DNA from: Macrostomum hystrix
Lineage: Eukaryota > Animalia > Platyhelminthes
NCBI GenBank assembly: GCA_950097015.1
Contig: CATNEN010000002.1
Location: 1,426,001 to 1,490,000 of the forward strand
DNA: 64,000 nucleotides
Direction: 5' to 3'
Below are positions 1 through 11,310 of this stretch, one piece after another. The notes beneath the pieces were generated by a model that worked only from the letters and a program-made list of their open reading frames with translations, did not search any database and was not told the origin of the DNA. Both the position numbers and the translations under genes were made by a program. Numbering within the stretch: the stretch's first letter is position 1; the number at the start of each line of letters is the position of its first letter.

Positions 1-109
1 AATTGCTTGACAAACTTCCATATCGTCTGTTTCTTAGTACTTTAGGGTAGAATTTTATGTTCTACTGAGGCACCATCGATCTTATTGTCTATGGAAAATC
101 TTCTCTCTG

Positions 110-313
110 GCTTTTCAGATAAGGCAGAATCTTAGCAAATCTTTGGCGAGGATGCACCTTCGAAACAAACTGTGTCAAAGTGGTTGCGGCGCTTTGAGGA
201 CGGCTGGGAGACAGTTGATGATGCTCCCCGCCCAGGTGCACCGCGGTCATCCACTTCCAGTGATCGACAACATCCAGCGTGTGCAGTTACGCTCTGGACA
301 TCACTTGAGTCCT
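110..313 (+). mobile_element. Decayed mariner-type transposase N-terminal (HTH) fragment
   Basis: Translation QIFGEDAPSKQTVSKWLRRFEDGWETVDDAPRPGAPRSST, then frameshifted IDNIQRV, matches the mariner HTH pattern (FGE.A.S..TV..W..RF..G...V.D.PR.GRP). In-frame TAG just upstream. Confidence 0.75.
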
Positions 314-457
314 CGCAATAGAAGCCTGGGTCTGCCAGCCTAGTCGATGGTCCGATCAAATGGCGATTAGCGGCGGCGATGACTGCCTTTTGAAGCTGTG
401 GGATCGGCGGAGGCAACATGCCAGCCACTCTCTAAGGTGAGCTTTTGCCGAGCCAGT
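314..457 (+). pseudogene. 5'-truncated duplicate of the DPH7-like exon plus its donor site
   Basis: 144 bp matching 2273-2416 with two substitutions seen; includes the ag|gtgag donor but lacks the acceptor; abuts the mariner relic. Confidence 0.8.
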
Positions 458-458
458 A

Positions 459-1620
459 AATCCCTTATAAATCCCTGAATCTTCAACTGTAATCCCTGAA
501 TCTTCAACTGTAATCCCTGAATCTTCAACTGTAATGCCTGAATCTTCAACTGTAATCCCTGAATCTTCAACTGTAATCCCTGAATCTTCAACTGTAATCC
601 TTGAATATTCAACTGTAATCCCTGAATATTCAACTGTAATTCCTGAATCTTCAACTGTAATGCCTGAATCTTCAACTGTAATCCCTGAATCTTCAACTGT
701 AATCCCTGAATCTTCAACTGTAATGCCTGAATCTTCAACTGTAATCCCTGAATCTTCAACTGTAATCCCTGAATCTTCAACTGTAATCCCTGAATCTTCC
801 AGTGTAAATCCCTGAATCTTCAACTGTAATCCCTGAATCTTCAACTGTAATGCCTGAATCTTCAACTGTAATCCCTGAATCTTCAACTGTAATCCCTGAA
901 TCTTCAACTGTAATCCCTGAATCTTCAACTGTAATCCCTGAATCTTCAACTGTAATCCCTGAATCTTCAACTGTAATCCCTGAATCTTCAACTGTAATCC
1001 CTGAATCTTCAACTGTAATCCCTGAATCTTCAACTGTAATGCCTGAATCTTCAACTGTAATCCCTGAATCTTCAACTGTAATCCCTGAATCTTCAACTGT
1101 AATCCCTGAATCTTCAACTGTAATCCCTGAATCTTCAACTGTAATCCCTGAATCTTCAACTGTAATGCCTGAATCTTCAACTGTAATCCCTGAATCTTCA
1201 ACTGTAATGCCTGAATCTTCAACTGTAATCCCTGAATCTTCAACTGTAATCCCTGAATCTTCAACTGTAATGCCTGAATCTTCAACTGTAATCCCTGAAT
1301 CTTCAACTGTAATCCCTGAATCTTCAACTGTAATCCCTGAATCTTCAACTGTAATCCCTGAATCTTCAACTGTAATCCCTGAATCTTCAACTGTAATCCC
1401 TGAATCTTCAACTGTAATCCCTGAATCTTCAACTGTAATGCCTGAATCTTCAACTGTAACCCCTGAATCTTCAACTGTAATCCCTGAATCTTCAACTGTA
1501 ATCCCTGAATCTTCAACTGTAATCCCTGAATCTTCAACTGTAATGCCTGAATCTTCAACTGTAATCCCTGAATATTCAACTGTAATCCCTGAATATTCAA
1601 CTGCAATCCCTGAATCTTCA
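459..1620 (+). repeat. 21-bp minisatellite (CCCTGAATCTTCAACTGTAAT)n
   Basis: About 55 near-identical tandem units read directly; explains the ORFs KIQGLQL / PESSTVI. Confidence 0.97.
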
Positions 1621-2108
1621 TTGTGAGCCCTGAATCTTCAGTGTGAGCCCTGAATCTTCAGTGTTATTCTTGAATCTGTTGATCCCTGAATCTTCAGTGT
1701 GAGCCCTGAATCTTCAGTGTGAGCCCTGAATCTTCAGTGTGAGCCCTGAATCTTCAGTGTTATTCTTGAATCTGTTGATCCCTGAATCTTCAGTGTGAGC
1801 CCTGAATCTTCAGTGTGAGCCCTGAATCTTCAGTGTTATTCTTGAATCTGTTGATCCCTGAATCTTCAGTGTTAGCCCTGAATCTTCCAGTGTGATCCCT
1901 GAATCTTCCGTGTGAGCCCTGAATCTTCAGTGTGAGCCCTGAATCTTCAGTGTGAGCCCTGAATCTTCAACTGTAATCCCTGAATCTTAAGTGTTATTCT
2001 TGAATCTGTTTATCCCCGAATCTGTTGATCCCTGAATCTTCAGTGTGAGCCCTGAATCTTCAGTGTGAGCCCTGAATCTTCAGTGTGAGCCCTGAATCTT
2101 CAGTGTGA
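1621..2108 (+). repeat. 20-bp variant array (CCCTGAATCTTCAGTGTGAG)n with interspersed longer units
   Basis: Shares the CCCTGAATCTTC core with the preceding array; ends about 50 nt before the acceptor at 2158. Confidence 0.9.
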
Positions 2109-2158
2109 CAGTCTTCTAAATACCTAATATCCTTGCCTTCTACGTTTACCTATGGCAG

Positions 2159-2566
2159 ACTGGCTGCAAGCTACTCCAACGGTATGTGCGCTCTGATCGA
2201 CTCAGCTGTGTTGCAGAAGATGAAGAAGAAGAATTTGCATAAGTTCTTAAGCGGTAGATTCTGGTGCGCACACGCAATAGAAGCCTGGGTCTGCCAGCCT
2301 AGTCGATGGTCCGATCAAATGGCGCTTAGCGGCGGAGATGACTGCCTTTTGAAGCTGTGGGATCGGCGGAGGCAACATGCCAGCCACTCTCTAAGGTGAG
2401 CTTTTGCCGAGCCAGTCACGTGACTCGAATACAGCGTTAATGAGCTGTTTACAATGTGCCTGTGTTTTTTTCATAACTAACTATTCTAAAACTATTCCAG
2501 GCACGACGCGGGTGTTACCATAGTTACTGAACATCCTAAAATGTGTAATATATTTCTGTCCGGAAG
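2159..2566 (+). CDS. DPH7: Diphthine methyltransferase (WDR85)-like WD40 protein, two internal exons only
   Basis: Exons 2159-2395 and 2501-2566 join in frame: AH.IEAW...SGGDDCLLKLWD.R...RHDAGVT...HP....FLSGS, matching DPH7 AH.FEAW...SGGDDGLLRGWD.R...RH.MGV....P...LATGS. Upstream and downstream exons not found. Confidence 0.75.
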
Positions 2567-3199
2567 GTAAATTAAAATATCTACCTGACCCGCCCTAACC
2601 TACCCTTTCTACCCTAACATACCCTATCCAACAGAACCTACCCAATTTATGTAGCTACTTTTACATAAAAAGTAGATCGAGTAGTGTTGAGATAAGATTG
2701 GGTAGCTGGTCTCCTTGATTTTCAGTACCTTCCCAAGAAAATGTTTTCTTCTAGCCAGGGTGAGATTTAGCATTCGTAACTTGTATTTGATCTTTAAAGT
2801 ATAACAAAACAAACATAAAAAACACTTTTAGTTAACAATTCTGGTCTCACTGAATATGACAATATGTTTTGTAAAACTGCTTTTCATTTCGCAGTATTTG
2901 TTTTTTACTAGTATTAAAAAATAAAAATTGAAATAAACTTCAATTTACTGACAATCTACTTATGAATTGGCGAAATACATGTAAGTAGTATCGAGAGAAA
3001 TTGCTTATAAAAATATATGTCTGTTATCCTGTCAGCATTTTTATTATACATGAATAATAAATTCTGAAATTCTTAAATATCAGTTTGTACAAAGTATATT
3101 TTCGTGGCAACTTGGCAAATAGTTCTTTATTAGATTCAGTGACATGCTGTCAGTCTTAAGAAAAATATTTAGTTTTTTTCCGATCAAATCAAACATGCC

Positions 3200-6100
3200 T
3201 CAGTTGTTCTCCCGTCCTGACCTCTCGAAGTACATGAAATCCTGCGTGGGGATTGAAAAAAAGACACAAAAGTACTTTTAGCATAGAATATTTAAGCTTA
3301 GCTGTATTCCAAAGGGCTAGGAAATCTCATCACATTAGCCTTCGAGATAATCTTTAGGAAATCCCTAAAAATGAATCATCTCAATAGTCTTTGGGAAATC
3401 CCTAAAAATGAATCATCAGGATAATCTTTAGGAAATCCCTAAAAATGTATCGTCAGGATAATCTTTAGGAAATCCCTAAAAATGAATCATAGGGATAATC
3501 TTTAGGAAATTTCTAAAAGTGAATCATAGGGATAATCTTTAGGAAATGCCTAAAAATGAATCATCAGGACAATCTTTAGGAAATCCCTACGAATGTAACG
3601 TCAGGATAATCCTTGGAAAATCCCTAAAAGTGAATCATCAGGATAATATTTGGGAAATCCTCAAAAATGAATCATCAGGATAATATTTGGGAAATCCTCA
3701 AAAATTAATCATCTGGATAATTTTAAGGAAATCCCCTGCCATGGGAAAATTCTGTGGAAAATCATTAAAAATTTCCATCAGGAAAATGTTGGGGAATTCC
3801 CATTGCTCTTTCAAACAGGGATTGACTTTCGGAGCTCCGGTCGCTTTATCCAACGTGGATATTCTCAAATAATTCCCATTTCTCTAGCAGAGCAATCAGT
3901 TTCATGGTGCGAGCGTACTTATAGTAAAAATGCATTTTAACTCACAATCAGGAAGCAGGCTCCAATGACGGTTGCCTTGATGTCCACGTGCAGATCCATC
4001 GGAAATGTGATGCCGAAATTGTCAGCGTCCGTGAAATACTCCTGCAAGAGGTTGGACCACTGCTTGGACACCCGACCAATCTCGTGGTCTCCGTCCTTCG
4101 TGAACAGCTGCAGTGAGCGATTCGAGTTGAGTGAGGATTACACTGTATTCTATTGGGATGCAGGCAGCTGGACGTCGAGGATTATTGTAAATTGGGGTCA
4201 AAAAGTACGTGCGATCTCTGATTAAGCTATAAGATATCATCTCGATCAGATGGGTGGGATCTTATTGGGGATCAGATGGGTGTTATTTCGGATGGGGATT
4301 AGATTTGTAGGATCTCGGATGGGATTTAGTTGACTGGGATCTCGGTTGGGGATCAGATGGGTGGGATTTTATTGGGGATCAGATGGGTGTTATTTCGCAT
4401 GGGGATTAGATGGGTGGGATCTCGGATGGGATTTAGTTGACTGGGATCTCAGATGGGGATCCGATGGGTGGGATCTCGGTTGGGGATCAGATGGGTGGGA
4501 TCTCGGTAGGGGATCAGATGGGTGGGACCTTATTGGGGATCAGATGAGTGGGATCTCGGATGGGATTTAGTTGACGGGGATCTCAGATGGGGATCAGATA
4601 GGTGCGATCCTGTTTGGGGTTCCGATGGGTGGGATCTCGGATGGGATTTAGTTGACTGGGATCTCAGATGGGGATCCGATGGGTGGGATCTCGGTTGGGG
4701 ATCAGATGGGTGGGATCTCGGTAGGGGATCAGATGGGTGGGACCTTATTGGGGATCAGATGAGGTGTTATTTCGGATGGGGATTAGATGGGTGGGATCTC
4801 GGATGGGATTTAGTTGACTGGGATCTCAGATGGGGATCCGATCGGTGGGATTTCGGTTGGGGATCAGATGGGTGGGATCTCGGTTGGGGATCAGATGGGT
4901 GGGATCTCGGATGGGATCTACCATGCCTCACCACAAACGGTATGTCGTCTCCAGGGCAGTTGCAGCGGAAGTAGCTCGGACCCCTAATGAGCAGAACAGT
5001 GTTGCCCTGGCTATCCTCAATCGAGTAGTTGGCCGAGCAGCCGTCGTACACCTGCTTCACCTGACCGACCACTCGACCTGGCGGAGCCTCCACCGTGACC
5101 TTGTCCTGGCAGCACTTTGAGCAGGAGAAGCACTGGCCGTAGCACATGCACTTGTAGGGCCGGCTGATGTGGATGACCTCTTGGTTTGTGTTGTCCAACA
5201 CCGACATCTCGAATTTCCGCTGGGCGCCGCAACACTGACGCTGGAATGTACTGGAGTCTGCGATGTGGGGGAGTGAGGATGAGACAGGGTGAGACTGAGA
5301 TAGGGTGAGATTGACACAGGGTGAGACTAAGACTGGGTGAGATTGACACAGAGTGACACTGAGATAGGGTGAGACTGAGTCAAGCTGAGATTGATTTAAG
5401 GTGAGACTGAGACAGGGTGACACTGAGATAGGGTGAGATTGACACATGGTGAGATTGACACAGGGTGAGACTGAGACGGGGTGAGATTGGGACAGAGTGA
5501 GACTGAGACGGAGCGGCTGATACAAACGGGGAGAGACTCAGTTAAGGTGGGATTGACACCATGTCAGATTGAGACTGACACCATGAGATTGAGACTGACA
5601 CCATGAGATTGAGACTGACACCATGAGATTGAGACTGACACTGTGTCAGATTGAGACTGACACCATGTCAGATTGAGACTGACACCATGTCAGATTGAGA
5701 CTGACACCATATGAGATTGAGACTGACACCATGAGATTGAGACTGACACTGTGTCAGATTGAGACTGACACCATGGCAGATTGAGACTGACACCATGAGA
5801 TTGAGAATGACACCATGAGATTAAGACTGACACCATGAGATTGAGACTGACACCATGAGATTGAGACTGACACCATGAGATTGAGACTGACACCATGAGA
5901 TTAAGACTGACACCATGAGATTGAGACTGACACCATGAGATTGAGACTGACACCATGAGATTGAGACTGACACAGTGTGAGATGTTAAGCTAGAACGAGC
6001 TTGTGTTCATGTCGTATTCTTTTTATATATTTTGAGACTGAGACAGTGTGAGATCGGATGTAAGAATAGATTGTGTGAGAGACTGAGAGAGGGAATAAAT

Positions 6101-6423
6101 TTAGTTGGAATGCTTCGAAGCGTTTTCGCTTCATTTCTAAATTCTTACCCTCTTTAGCAAAGAAGATCTTTTGGCCGACATTGTTGAGCACTACATACTT
6201 GTTGGCAGTCTCCCATCCTGTGAGAACTATAAATCGGAGGGGATGGTAGTACGGGACACTGTTCCAGTATGGCTGGAGTGATAAGCTACTAAAACACTAT
6301 GCAAATTGAGTTCGTTTCAACTCACTTTCCAGCATCTCCTTCTGCTGCTTGATTAGTATCTGATCCAGTGAGGCCAAGTACTGCAAACTCGGCGGCAGCT
6401 GCAGCTGCTGCATCTGAAGATGC

Positions 6424-6464
<41 letters not shown>

Positions 6465-6506
6465 AGCATTATAGGCGTAAGCATTTGGAACAGCTTCTTG
6501 TTGCAT
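3200..6506 (-). CDS. PLSCR: Phospholipid scramblase (PLSCR family), 5 exons
   Basis: Exons 6506-6326, 6226-6149, 5257-4932, 4107-3946, 3241-3200, all GT-AG and phase-consistent. Motifs YLASLDQILIKQQ, ILTGWETANKY, RQCCG, IGRVSKQWS, TDADNFGITFP, KATVIGACFLIDFMYFE. Confidence 0.93.
3340..3725. repeat. 37-bp minisatellite in scramblase intron 4
   Basis: GGATAATCTTTAGGAAATCCCTAAAAATGAATCATCA recurs at 37-bp spacing (3419, 3456, 3493...). Confidence 0.9.
4230..4920. repeat. 27-bp G-rich minisatellite with higher-order variants, scramblase intron 3
   Basis: GGGGATCAGATGGGTGGGATCTCGGTT units; 9-aa periodic ORFs (WGSDGWDLG). Confidence 0.92.
5275..5975. repeat. Two 20-bp minisatellites in scramblase intron 2
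   Basis: About 5275-5510 GAGATAGGGTGAGATTGACA-like; about 5555-5975 GAGATTGAGACTGACACCAT. Confidence 0.9.
6420..6466 (-). repeat. Coding CAG/CAA tract (polyQ) in scramblase exon 1
   Basis: AQQQQQQQQQQQQQQH in the exon-1 frame. Confidence 0.85.
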
Positions 6507-6930
6507 GATGCTGTTATACTGTTGTATATTGTGAAAAGTTATCTAAGTTTGAGCTACAAAAATAAGTCGGACGCTCAAAAGGTGCAGACTTCGAATGTCT
6601 ATCAAGTTATATTGTGCTCGCTCTAACTCTCAGAGACTCGAATTTGTGTGCTCAATGCTGTACAAAAGGCGTAAGGAAATGTTTGCTTATGAGTTCTGCT
6701 CGAAAACTATCGCACGCGGCACAATGGAATTGCTTGACCTGTAGGGCGTGGCGCAGTGTGCTGAGGTCATCTGCAGCTAATTTAACTCCAAGACTTCAAG
6801 TTAGTAAGTATGGAAAGAAGCTATCTATGAGATGAACACAAGCTCGCTCTTGGAAATTCGCTGACAAACTTGCATAGCGTATGTTTCTTTTGTACTTTAG
6901 GCAGAATTTTTGGTTACACGTACACTAAGG

Positions 6931-6992
6931 CAGTGGTTCTCAACCTGTGGGTCGCTGTGGGAACGGGGCCGATCAAGAAATCGGCCCCGTTC
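6931..6992 (+). mobile_element. hAT/Charlie-like terminal repeat followed by a 13-bp perfect hairpin
   Basis: CAGTGGTTCTCAACCTGTGGGTCGC resembles a hAT TIR; GAACGGGGCCGAT-caagaa-ATCGGCCCCGTTC at 6961-6992. No partner TIR found. Confidence 0.45.
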
Positions 6993-7812
6993 ATTTGTGC
7001 TTAAAATGGAGGAGAAATTGAAAGGCAAAGAGGAAGGTTCTTAAGGTGTTTAAGTGTTATTATTCAGAGAGAGAGAGAAAAGCAAGCTGGGTGATTCCAT
7101 ATAAGTCAGTGAATATTCGTAAGAATTAAAGAAAAGATAATTTATTATAAGCAGTTTTGTTAAAGAAATAAAGAAATAAAGGTATATCCCGTGGGTAAAA
7201 TAGTACTGTGTGCAAAGTTGGTTGCAAACAGCGCAAATTAACAACTTCGGTCCATTTTGGAGCCTTAAAAAGACTGGGAAAACTGAACTGAAAGCCATTA
7301 TCGTCATCAGTGAATAGCTAAGGGAAGAAGTGTCTTGCCGCTCGGACACTCGTGCGAACGCTACCAAATTTGGAAGGAAGACAGCCTACCTGTCAAAATA
7401 AGTAAGATATACATATGAAGTGAGTGCCAGTCTATAAAGTAGGTGTCGGACGATATCTCGATCTCGATCATCGAGATCTCGGCACTTTTTTAAATCTCGA
7501 TCTTGGTTTCGAGAATGTCGAGATTTAGTTTTTTAATTTAATTTAGTCTACAGTTGTTCTTTTTATGTTTTTTCTTTTTTGTTACAAATGTTTTTGTTTT
7601 AATTTATTCGAAACAAAGTGCTTTTTTAAATTATATCCTGGCCCTGATTTAGTTTCGATCAGGCAGTCAGGGATCATAGATAAGGCAGGGATCATAGCGC
7701 GACGTATTCCGACTTAGTCTGTAAGAGTTACCTAGAAAGCGAAGGGTTACCCCTATTATTAAAAGACTTCATTTGTAGACCAATAATTATCTTCATACCG
7801 GACGTAAGAATG

Positions 7813-8554
7813 TCCAATGATCTAGTTATACTTATACTTCATACAATGAAGTATGAAGTATACTATACGATGATACTAGGGTAATGTATCATCAACCGAA
7901 CAGTGTATCTTCAAAACCGAACAAGAATTTTGACTTCTTCCTTGGTCTCGTGCAAAACAGAAACAAGCTATTGTGTTTCACAGAACAACTAATTTGAAAG
8001 TTGAAGAAATTATCTACAAGCTGAGGCATGATGTGCAATAAAACATTAAGAGGAAAGAAAGATGTTGATGTTTCAGTAGAATTTTTTATTGCAAAAGCAT
8101 ACTTTTTAACAACATTTTTTCAGTATATACTTTAGACAAAGATTGTATGTGGTTGCTTGCCAATTAAATGACCATAAATGTATAATAGTTATTTATAGAG
8201 CATGAAAAATGCTTTCAAATTACATCATTCATGATAGTTCACTCCTTAAAATAAGATTAAACCACTCACTCAAATTGTAAAACCAAACATCAAATTCTCT
8301 GTTTGGTTTGAAGATACATGAAAATCATTGTTCGGTTTTAGATAAAAAGCAGGAATAGGCCTAACTTTTTTTCTATTTGATAAAATAGCAAAAGCTGATA
8401 CTTTTTAGAAAGATGTAACTGTTTTCTATAACTTGGCTTTTGATTTATCATCATATCTTAAATAGAAAATCTGTAGCTTAGGTTTGATGTTAAAAAATAC
8501 ACATTGTTTGGTTGATGATACATTACCCTATAAAGTATAACTTAAGTCATTGGA
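7813..8554. mobile_element. Degenerate inverted-repeat (MITE/foldback-like) element
   Basis: 7877-7911 TAGGGTAATGTATCATCAACCGAACAGTGTATCTT is the imperfect inverse of 8497-8530; 7813-7832 pairs with 8533-8554; an inner arm at about 7903-7932 pairs with 8290-8319. Confidence 0.55.
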
Positions 8555-10459
8555 AAAAAGTGAGTTGAGAATTATTTCTAAAGTCAATCTAAGGTATGAT
8601 AAAGTGAGATTTAATATTTAATAAAGATCTCTACAACAAATGTAAGCAGGCTGACTTTTTAATGAAATTGAAAATAAGTTTCTTTCATTGTCAATAATTG
8701 AAAAAAATATTTTGACTGTAAATTAAAGAAAATAAAAATTTGTTATAAATGGTTTTAAAACTAATTTACAGAAATAGGGCCCACTAAAGGCTAGGCCTAT
8801 TTTAGCAAGGATGATGGTTGAAAGGACAATTTAAAGTTCTGAGGTTTTAAACTTTACAAAGTACAGTTTTGTCACAAATTCAAACTGAAAAAATTGAACT
8901 AACAAATGTACATTGGTGCCCAAAAATAAATATACCTTACTAGGAACTTAGGATGGAAACTCTGTCCTTATGTTATGAAAGCCTCACTAAGCATTAACAA
9001 GGCTTACAAGGGTGGAAATTTAGGTGTTTTTGATTATCTTTGACTTTGACTTTGGCCTAGCCAAAGCAAAGGACTAGGGCCTAGGCCTATTGCTAAATGT
9101 TTCTATGTAGCCTTTGAAACTACTATACCAGCAGATCTGCTGTTATATGGTTGTATTATTATCTGCATGGGTATAGGAATATAGATTTATGGATGCATGG
9201 CTCCATGGAAGCTAGGCCAAACCAAAAGCAAGCCTGTACATAGTATAGAAAGCAAGGTACAGTGACTACACTTGCATAGCATATTATGATGTGTCCTGTT
9301 TAGCTTCACTACACTAAATTGCATTGTGCTGTCCCACTCTCCCATATCACTCATTTTGTACTAAACCTTATGTTGTGCCATGCTACAGCACTAGCTACAA
9401 AATAAGCCACCACAAATATAGTCATGAAATTAGGCCAATAGTTGTATCCCCTTTGTTAACTTATTCCAATAGTTTAGGCCCCTAATCCCCATTAAATTAG
9501 CTTTCTTTTTGTCTATAGTCCTTATGAATATAGCCACAGACCAATCCATATGACAATTGTTATATTTGCTGGACTTTATCTTTATGTTTACATTGCCATT
9601 GCCAGTGATAAGCTATAAATATAACAAAGTGTGTTGTGTAATTTTGTGTATTTTATGGTGCAAATCATGTCATGCATAATATAATATTCTGGTATGCATT
9701 TGCTTTAGGTTGGAGTATAAGGCATAGTGCAGTGTATATTTGAAGGAATTGTTGTGCACCTTTGCAAGTATAGTGCATAGTCAAAAATGTATCAAACATT
9801 TTATTAATACCCAATATTAATAATTGTAAATTGTACCATTAATTAGCAATAACAATAAAAAATGAACTTGTGCAATCTATAATTGTCCTATATAATTAAT
9901 ATATTTGATATATCTTTATGTTCCAGGCTGTTGTATTAACCTAAGCAGATTTTGTAAATAAAAAAAACTAAAAATAATTTTTTACTAGTCTGTAATTTCT
10001 GTTTTCCTGAGTTAGATTAATTATACAAAAATCAGTTTTTAAGTAGAAAAATTCTATAATTCACATTTGCCATGCCTATACAATGGGCATATTTCTGTAC
10101 ACAATACTTTAGTGCATTCCCTTATTGGAATAAGTTTCAAAAACCCTAAGACATGTGACACAGACTCTGGAGAAAATAATTATGGATGCCCATCTACAAT
10201 GTTCTAAAAAATCCTGAAATGAAATCTACAATGAAATTCTCATTTGTCTCATTTGTGAGCACTAAGGTTAGGATTTTAGGATCTACAAAAAAGTGCACTT
10301 TCTTTTTAAATAGACTTGCTTTTTTGCAAAAAGTTCTATCTAAAACTTACATTCCAGCTGAATATCTTAGTTTGCTAGCTAATTTTCTAATCACACTTCA
10401 ACAACCGCAGCCTTTGACAACTAAGTCTCAATCATCACTTTAAACTAGAAACTGTACAG

Positions 10460-11107
10460 ATGAGCAATTCGGCTAATTCGGACTCACCGCAGCAGCAGTG
10501 TGGCTATCGGGCCACAGCACTGGCCAATTCTTTGCATGGCTGGCGGGTGCCCATAGTTCGCCTTGATGCCATCATTCACTGGGAGCAGCCTCCGGCTCTG
10601 GGCGCCGTTATCGCCGTTATCACCCTGGCCTTCCTTCTGATTGGCTGGCTTCAGCCGCCTCTGGTTTCTATGGTTGCCATGGTTGGCCTGCTGCTTGTAT
10701 TGGGAGATTTCTTAGTCCCTCTGGCGGCTAATTGGCTAGTCTCTAGCGGCGTGGCCGGCATCGCCTGGACAGAGGCCGACAACCAGCGCTACCAGGACGC
10801 CTGCGGCCGCTTGCTGAACCTGTACGACACTGTCTATGGCCTGGCTAGTCAGCTAATCACATTGCGCCGCAATCGACCGCAGTTCTACCTGGCCATAGCT
10901 TTGCCAGCCCTGCTAAGCCTGCTAATTCTAGCCGAGAAGGTCAACAATCTGTTTCTAGCCTATTCGGCCATTGTTTCCTGCGTGCTCCTACCCGGACTGG
11001 TTAGCTCAGGCGTTGCCGCCAACGCTTTTCGCCAGCTATTCGATTTGGTGCGTGCCAAGGTGCAGTCTCTGCAAGGACAGGGCGCCGCTTTTAAGAAGGC
11101 TAATTGA
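10460..11107 (+). CDS. ARL6IP1: ARL6IP1 (ER-shaping reticulon-like protein), intronless CDS, 215 aa
   Basis: L.GWR..I..LD.I..WE...; GDFLVP.LA; WT....QRY...C..L; R..RP..Y; KVNNLFLAY..V...LLPGL all align with ARL6IP1. Confidence 0.9.
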   Translation: MSNSANSDSPQQQCGYRATALANSLHGWRVPIVRLDAIIHWEQPPALGAVIAVITLAFLLIGWLQPPLVSMVAMVGLLLVLGDFLVPLAANWLVSSGVAGIAWTEADNQRYQDACGRLLNLYDTVYGLASQLITLRRNRPQFYLAIALPALLSLLILAEKVNNLFLAYSAIVSCVLLPGLVSSGVAANAFRQLFDLVRAKVQSLQGQGAAFKKAN

Positions 11108-11197
11108 ATTTTCGAATTGACAGACGGTTGAAAAATGCCCACTGAGATTTGACTGGCTTGGCCAACTGATTGATCTTTTATGCTAGTAGGAGGAGTT

Positions 11198-11310
11198 GAG
11201 CCGCAGCCAGCAAGGAGGCAATTCTGCCAATATCGCTGACTCCTGAGCACACATGCACAGATAACGTACGCAGGCACACGCTCACACAGGTGAGTGAGTC
11301 TTCTCATCAA
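11198..11310 (+). repeat. Dispersed repeat family X, copy 1
   Basis: CCGCAGCCAGC..GGAG...GCTGACTCCTGAGCACAC..GCACAGAT...CACAGGTG shared with 13099-13301, 29575-29725, 39118-39296 and 40670-40775. Confidence 0.7.

Noticed and set aside
356-1626. Long ORFs on both strands (KIQGLQL)n / (PESSTVI)n
   Set aside because: A 21-bp stop-free unit opens frames automatically; the array is non-coding sequence next to DPH7 exons. The same applies to repeat ORFs at 4346-4974, 16536-17985, 20894-21244, 25519-26254, 44043-44699, 54227-54823, 55466-56046, 60719-61312 and 63219-63987.
2585-2645. CCCTAACC-like words suggesting telomeric repeat
   Set aside because: Only one or two imperfect units; the 63-kb G-rich array is also not TTAGGG-based.
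7055-7395. Possible LTR-like segment (minus strand TGACAG... with a TGGTAGCG motif)
   Set aside because: No TSD, no partner LTR and no gag/pol nearby; boundaries are arbitrary.
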